Assembly: GCA_030429585.1 (NCBI GenBank)
Contig: JAUIEU010000001.1
Coordinates: forward strand, 2,147,848-2,211,847
Origin: a bacterium
GTDB taxonomy: Bacteria > Cyanobacteriota > Vampirovibrionia > Vampirovibrionales > Vampirovibrionaceae
Length of the DNA: 64,000 nucleotides
Direction: 5' to 3'
Below the pieces are notes generated by a model. That model was not told the origin of the DNA, did no database searches, and worked only from the letters and a program-made list of their open reading frames with translations. Both the position numbers and the translations under genes were made by a program. The first letter of the stretch is position 1. Each line of letters starts with the position of its first letter. Below, in pieces: positions 59,112-64,000 of the stretch.

Positions 59112-59942
59112 GTGGGATTCGTAATTGGCCAGGCGGCTAGCCTGATAATGCAAAATCATATGAAGAGCCATACCAAGCAGGTAAACAAACTGCTGGAGCA
59201 ACTTTCCACAACGCAAAAAATTAACAGCGCTGGGGATAACCCGGCAGGGTTGGCCCAGGTCAACAAATATGATTCTCAAATCCGAGGCATGACCAAAGCC
59301 TTTGAGAACATCCAACAAGGCATTAGCCTGCTGGATACGGCTGAAAGTGGCCTGAATGCGATTTTAGGCGAACTGCAAGATTTTAGAGAAACTGCCCTAG
59401 AGGCCAGCGCGGATGGCATTAGTGATTACACGCCTTATCAAACCTCTGCCACGGCCCACAAAGATGCGATTGACCTGGTAACCGATACCACTAGTTTTAA
59501 CGGTGTAGAGCTGTTGGATGGTTCTGTCAGTGGTAACTTCTTTATTCAGGCAGGGGCTAATGGCACCGCTAATAACCGCTTTGATATTGTTAGCAGCATT
59601 GATACGAATGTGGATAGTACGGCCCTTAGTTTGGCAGGCTCTACCCTGGCAGACCAAGCCAATGCCCAAGCCGCCGTTACGGCGATTGACGCTGCTATTG
59701 AAGACATTACCAACCAGCTAACCGTGGTAGGGACCCACCAAGAGATTTTAGCCAGCCAAGGTGATTTGTTGACGAGTATGACGATTAACTATGAATCGGC
59801 ACGGAGTACCTTGATGGATGTAGACGTGGCCGAAGCCACGGCGGCCTTAACCACGTACGAAACCCTGCAGCAGGCCTCGGCTACGGCCTTATTAAAGGTA
59901 AGCAGCATGGAAGCCAATTTGCTAAGCCTACTGTTTGGCTAG
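59112..59942 (+). CDS. Flagellin-like protein (paralog 3, divergent)
   Basis: GTG start with an AGGTGA SD. 'KINSAGDNPAGLAQV' (the flagellin RINSAKDDAAG box) and a C-terminal 'ARSTLMDVDVAEATAALTTYETLQQASATALLKVS'. Confidence 0.8.
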   Translation: MGFVIGQAASLIMQNHMKSHTKQVNKLLEQLSTTQKINSAGDNPAGLAQVNKYDSQIRGMTKAFENIQQGISLLDTAESGLNAILGELQDFRETALEASADGISDYTPYQTSATAHKDAIDLVTDTTSFNGVELLDGSVSGNFFIQAGANGTANNRFDIVSSIDTNVDSTALSLAGSTLADQANAQAAVTAIDAAIEDITNQLTVVGTHQEILASQGDLLTSMTINYESARSTLMDVDVAEATAALTTYETLQQASATALLKVSSMEANLLSLLFG

Positions 59943-60320
59943 CTGCCTGGTTTTTAGCACTTAGGCACAGGGGCGTTATTGTTCCCTAGGGTTCTCTGCT
60001 AAGGATTCCTCGATAGCATGTTGGGTATTTCCGCTTCTTCCTCCCCTATCGTGAGTACCTCTTTCTCTTTTAACTTTTCTTCGTGCTCTACCTCCATCAT
60101 TTTCTCTTCCCCCATTTCTCTTTCTTCCGCTTGAGAAAAAGACATCTGTAGGGCTGTTTGTGTGCACGGTAGGGCGAAACACATTTGTGGGTTGGGTAGG
60201 TTTTGGGGCGTTAGGCGTGTACGCTGTGGGTGTAAGGGTGGGTATCATGGGGCTACCTCCTTAGAATGCTTAGTTGTTGTAATGTTTATAGCAACGTTGG
60301 TGAAAGGTTCGAATTGTGTT

Positions 60321-61433
60321 CTATGATAAGGCAGGTTTGGAGAAAGTTTTAATAATATCGTAATTAGTGTTGCGTTGGGCAGCATCACGGCCCAGGTCGT
60401 GGATAACGCTGCACATTTCTTCAATACTTTTAGTGGTGGGGTGAATGCCGGCTTGAGTCACCACGTTTTCTTCCATCATAATGCCACCCATATCGTTAGC
60501 GCCCATGGTTAAGGCGGTTTGGCCTAGCTTTAACCCTTGGGTAATCCAGCTAGCGCCAATATTGGGCACGTTATCCAGCACAATGCGGGCAATGGCGCTC
60601 ACGCGCAGGTATTCCATGCCGGTGGCCGCCGGGCGCGGAATATTAGCCAGCTTGGTGTTAGGCTTTTGGAAGCTCCACGGAATAAAGGACGCAAAGCCAC
60701 CCGTCTTATCTTGTAAATCACGAATACGGAACAGGTGATCGATAATATGCCAGTCTTTTTCCATCATGCCAAACATCATGGTGCTGCTGGTGCGCAGGCC
60801 AAGCCCGTGGGCTTCTTCCATCACGCCTAGCCAGTCTTCCGTATCTACCTTTTTAGGGCTCACGCGGCGGCGTATCTCATCGTGCAGAATTTCGCCACCG
60901 GCTCCAGGTAGTGAATCCATGCCCGCTGCGATTAATAGTTCAAGCACTTCTTTAAGCGGCTTACCACTCATTTCTGCCATAAAGCTAATTTCGGTGGGCG
61001 AAAAGGCATGCAGGGTAATGGTAGGGAAATCGGCCCGCAGCTTGCTCAGCAAATCGGTGTAATATTCTAGCGGCAGGGTGGGGTGCACGCCGCCTTGTAA
61101 CAGCACTTGGGTGCCATTAATATCCACCAGCTCTTGGATTTTAGCCTTAATGTCGTCGTAGGGCATGACATAGGCATCGTCGTCGCCCTCGTGGCGGTAA
61201 AAGGCGCAAAAGCCACAATCCACATTACATATATTGGTGTAGTTAATATTGCGGTCAATGACAAAAGTATAGGGCGCCGTTGCATCGTGGAATTCCGCTT
61301 TAACCCGCTCTGCCATTAGGCCCAGGGTAAACAAATCCGCGGTTTGAAACAGGCGCAGGGCCTCATTGGCATCGATGCGCTGCTTCGGCAGGTGGAGGGT
61401 TGGGCTGGGTGGAGTTAGGGTGGCAGTGGCCAT
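60321..61433 (-). CDS. Radical SAM enzyme of the MqnC/MqnE (futalosine pathway) / CofH family
   Basis: 'NICNVDCGFCAF' CxxxCxxC motif in an MqnC/E-like layout. ubiE and the UbiD-family gene also fall in this window. Confidence 0.8.
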   Translation of the reverse strand: MATATLTPPSPTLHLPKQRIDANEALRLFQTADLFTLGLMAERVKAEFHDATAPYTFVIDRNINYTNICNVDCGFCAFYRHEGDDDAYVMPYDDIKAKIQELVDINGTQVLLQGGVHPTLPLEYYTDLLSKLRADFPTITLHAFSPTEISFMAEMSGKPLKEVLELLIAAGMDSLPGAGGEILHDEIRRRVSPKKVDTEDWLGVMEEAHGLGLRTSSTMMFGMMEKDWHIIDHLFRIRDLQDKTGGFASFIPWSFQKPNTKLANIPRPAATGMEYLRVSAIARIVLDNVPNIGASWITQGLKLGQTALTMGANDMGGIMMEENVVTQAGIHPTTKSIEEMCSVIHDLGRDAAQRNTNYDIIKTFSKPALS

Positions 61434-61600
61434 GGGGCAGTACTCAGGTAAAAGGGGATAAAACCCTAGCAGTATACCTGCTGGGCGGGCATAGCTCTAC
61501 TATGCTGGGGGGCAGGCTAGGGTAATCGTTACGTCCGCCAGGTTGTGGATAAATTCGGAGAATTCACCACAAACGTGGTTTGCATTGCTACAATAGCCCT

Positions 61601-62233
61601 ATGCCTTATGATGATAAACCCATTGATTTCTTTCCGATCGACCGCAAGGCGGTGGGCGATGCCCATGCCCCCACGGGCGGCATGCCAGACTTATGCCATA
61701 AGTGTGGCCGCTGCTGTACCAGTGCCACCACGTATGAAAATCATGATGCCTTGCTAAAGCGGCAGGCCGAAGGTGAGGAAGAAGCCAGCGAATTTTTACG
61801 GGTCTTTCAACCCTACGATAGCTTGGACGACGCCCGTGCGGCGGTACCCGACCAGGTAGAGCGGGTAATTAAAGAATTTACCGAGCGCGATGATTTAGAC
61901 GAAACCAAGCTAACCTTTTACCATTGCCGCTATGTTACCCCAGAAGGGTTATGCGGCATTTACCAAGAACGGCCCCGTTGTTGCCGCGAAGCCCCAGGTA
62001 ATGGGTGGAGTATTATGCCCCCAGGCTGCGGGTATGAAGGTTGGCAATTTGCCGAACGCGAAGCCCAAAAACAAAGTGTGCGTGGGCTTAAAAACAGTTT
62101 GTATGCGCTAGAGCAGCTGAGTGATGATGGTGAAACGCATCCCTTAGACCCTACCCGCAAGCTGGCGGATATTCGTGCAGAGATTGAGGCAAAAATAAAG
62201 CCGTGGCAGCAGTATGGTAGCCAGCATTGGTAG
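61601..62233 (+). CDS. YkgJ/UPF0153-family putative Fe-S/zinc protein (the family that contains the flagellin lysine-N-methylase FliB)
   Basis: 'CHKCGRCC' CxxCxxCC signature. Located between flagellin genes and the mini-flagellin gene. Confidence 0.6.
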   Translation: MPYDDKPIDFFPIDRKAVGDAHAPTGGMPDLCHKCGRCCTSATTYENHDALLKRQAEGEEEASEFLRVFQPYDSLDDARAAVPDQVERVIKEFTERDDLDETKLTFYHCRYVTPEGLCGIYQERPRCCREAPGNGWSIMPPGCGYEGWQFAEREAQKQSVRGLKNSLYALEQLSDDGETHPLDPTRKLADIRAEIEAKIKPWQQYGSQHW

Positions 62234-62540
62234 CACCTTGGGGGCTACTGCAACATAGCCATAGGGTTGGTTAATAATGTTTGGCAGGGGGCTAAACTAG
62301 GTGTGGCAAGTGGTTTTACAGGCTAGGCGGCAGTAATAGTGGGGGTGGAATGTAAACAAATTTAACGGCGGCAGTCAATTCTGCCCTTTAGATTGTTTTT
62401 ATTAATACAGAGAGTTATATGCTATCCCACATAGCATTGACAGGGTACTTAAGTAAAAAGAGAGTTCTTAAGTAGCCATTACCCCTAGTTAAATCGTTCC
62501 ACTATTTATTTATTCGAGAAGAGACGAAGGAGAAACCGTC

Positions 62541-62870
62541 ATGGGTTTTGCCGCAAGTCAGGCAAGATATCTCATGCTCACGGCACGTAGAAGTGACCTG
62601 GAGATCCAGGGCCAGTTTATTAACCAGGCCCGGATGCAGCTAGCCAACGTAAGTGGCGCACTGTTCCAAATCACCACGAACCTAGAGCCTGAGTCGCCTC
62701 AAGTACAAGCCATCCAAGCCCGGATTGCTGCTATTCAGACGATCGATAAGGCGTTAGAATTGCAGATGAAGCGTTTGGAAACACAACGAGAAGCTATTAT
62801 GGCTGAACTGGAAGCTGTTCAAAAAGTTATCCAGAAAAACATCCAGACAAGCTTTAAAACGTTCGCGTAA
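62541..62870 (+). CDS. 109-aa coiled-coil 'mini-flagellin'; its N-terminus resembles the flagellin D0 helix and the N-terminus of paralog 3
   Basis: Strong SD (GAAGGAG). 'MGFAASQARYLMLTARRSDLEIQGQFINQARMQLANVSG' parallels 'MGFVIGQAASLIMQNHMKSHTKQVNKLLEQLSTTQKINSAG'. No central or C-terminal flagellin domains. Confidence 0.5.
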   Translation: MGFAASQARYLMLTARRSDLEIQGQFINQARMQLANVSGALFQITTNLEPESPQVQAIQARIAAIQTIDKALELQMKRLETQREAIMAELEAVQKVIQKNIQTSFKTFA

Positions 62871-63154
62871 GACGACAGCGACCATTTATTTGGATTTTTA
62901 TTAACGTTCGCATTAAGGTTAATGCGGATAGTGATACGGATATATTTATGCAACATAAATATACCCATTGAGGACACCGTATTTTTGAGGAACGGTGTAG
63001 ATTGAGTATGGAGTGCAACCAGCGTGGCCGACCGGGCCAGGTTGGCGTTTGTGGTTGGAGATTTTTTTAAAAGACCTGTGGATCCGACCCAAAACCAAAC
63101 AACCCCCAGGTGGTTACCTAAGGGCTGTGTGTATGAGTCAACCTAAATGTGTGT

Positions 63155-63868
63155 TTATCGCTCGCTAGGGATAAGCCTAACAGCATGACAATTAGCCCCG
63201 ATAACAGTGCATTCTCTGTTACCTTTGGAAAGCGTGGTTATACCAGTGTCAAAGTTTGTTAAAGGTAGCTTACTTCCATCGCGGCTATACATTTCATTGC
63301 CTTTGGTTTTCATCCGAGAGGCATAAATAACAATGGTTTGTCCGTCATCACCAATAGTTTTATCTAGCTCGTTAACCGCAGTATTATAGGCGGCGGTACT
63401 TGGCTTAATTACTTTAATATTGTCGCTAGGTACTTTGTATTTTTTATCAAATGTGTTTTTTACTTTTTTGGCGCTAATGCTGCCAACGTCATCAATAATA
63501 ATAACGCCGCGGTTATTTAGGTTAGTTGCATCATCAATGTCGTCTTTATCAAAGTTAGATAAAAAATCAAAATCCTCATCGGGTCCTTCGTCAGTTATAG
63601 GGTAGTAGGTTTTGTAATCATCGCTTATCGTAAATACACCTTTGGTGCCTGTTGGGTCAATATCACGTTCTTTAAAGCCATTGTCATAAATATCCATTAG
63701 CGCGGTGTTAAAGGATACATTTCTGTTTAGTGCATGGTCTAAGCGCTCTAACGAAGGCGTGTAGTTGCCGTAGTTAGATATCCTACCTGAACGTTCGGTG
63801 CGTGGTTTCCCATCGTGGCGAAGTTTTTCATAAGACATAAAGATAAAATAATTTGGTGGTAGTTTCAT
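63155..63868 (-). CDS. Hypothetical D/N/K-rich protein in an AT-rich region, downstream of and co-oriented with a collagen-like gene
   Basis: 237-aa ORF with no recognisable domain. There is a 17-bp gap to the collagen-like gene's stop. Confidence 0.5.
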   Translation of the reverse strand: MKLPPNYFIFMSYEKLRHDGKPRTERSGRISNYGNYTPSLERLDHALNRNVSFNTALMDIYDNGFKERDIDPTGTKGVFTISDDYKTYYPITDEGPDEDFDFLSNFDKDDIDDATNLNNRGVIIIDDVGSISAKKVKNTFDKKYKVPSDNIKVIKPSTAAYNTAVNELDKTIGDDGQTIVIYASRMKTKGNEMYSRDGSKLPLTNFDTGITTLSKGNRECTVIGANCHAVRLIPSER

Positions 63869-63885
63869 AATTTAAAATAGTTCTT

Positions 63886-64000
63886 AATCTGTGGTATCGA
63901 TTACGGGTTTGAATTTACCATCGTCGCCCTTAGGTCCTTGTGGTCCAGTTGCGCCATCGTCGCCCTTAGGTCCTTGTGGTCCAGTTGCACCATCGTCGCC
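63886..64000 (-). CDS. Collagen-like (Gly-X-Y repeat) protein, 3' end only; the gene continues beyond the window
   Basis: My translation of the minus strand gives ...GDDGATGPQGPKGDDGATGPQGPKGDDGKFKPVIDTTD* with a TAA stop at 63886-63888. It is absent from the ORF track because no start lies in the window. Confidence 0.55.
63918..64000. repeat. 36-bp tandem repeat (2.3 copies in window, one SNP) encoding GDD-GAT-GPQ-GPK collagen triplets
   Basis: ccatcgtcgcccttaggtccttgtggtccagttgc[g/a] is repeated head-to-tail and continues past the window edge. Confidence 0.8.

Noticed and set aside
59976-60248. Minus-strand ORFs (90 aa and 61 aa) in the tract after flagellin paralog 3
   Set aside because: The region is a strongly C/T-biased non-coding tract that parallels the tracts after the other flagellin genes. 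The Glu/Lys/Arg-rich translations are compositional artefacts.
1-64000. CRISPR arrays, transposases, integrases and prophage genes
   Set aside because: I found no regularly spaced direct repeats of CRISPR type and no recognisable recombinase or transposase motifs in any frame. The only tandem repeat is the collagen-coding 36-mer at the 3' edge.

Overview
This is a 64-kb chromosomal segment from a Gram-negative bacterium. It is GC-rich and has frequent Pro/Thr/Ala-rich low-complexity tails on unrelated proteins. The ribosomal-protein operons are fragmented, which resembles PVC/Planctomycetota-style genome organisation, but I cannot assign taxonomy from the sequence alone.

Most of the window is housekeeping. 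I called mutS2, an LPS heptosyltransferase, lpxK, a short-type citrate synthase, an MCE-domain protein, aroQ, fusA, rpsG and rpsL. Further along are hppD, a photolyase, purA, a tdh/kbl operon, an rpsE-rpmD-rplO island, ugd, tadA, an SPFH protein, a ribE-ribBA-ribH operon, PilM/N/O-like genes, a TPR protein, an LptC-like gene and an HlyD-family gene. Three futalosine-pathway menaquinone genes are scattered through the window (ubiE/menG, a UbiD-family decarboxylase, a radical-SAM MqnC/E-like gene). Three tRNAs are present (Cys-GCA, Met-CAT, His-GTG).

The non-routine features are:
- Three divergent short flagellin paralogs that share short 5' and 3' DNA motifs.
- A YkgJ/FliB-family CxxCxxCC protein and a 109-aa 'mini-flagellin' (flagellin N-terminal-helix-like) gene next to the flagellins.
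- A GatD-like glutamine amidotransferase fused in an operon with a GT-C (PMT/ArnT-like) membrane glycosyltransferase and a secreted Pro/Thr-rich protein, with no MurT.
- Several AT-rich islets carrying paralogous ORFan genes that bracket the flagellin-1/ugd locus and the ubiD-like gene.
- At the window's 3' edge, an AT-rich collagen-like (GXY) gene with near-perfect 36-bp tandem repeats next to an ORFan.
- At the window's 5' edge, an AT-rich phosphodiester-glycosidase-like gene.

I saw no CRISPR array, transposase or integrase.
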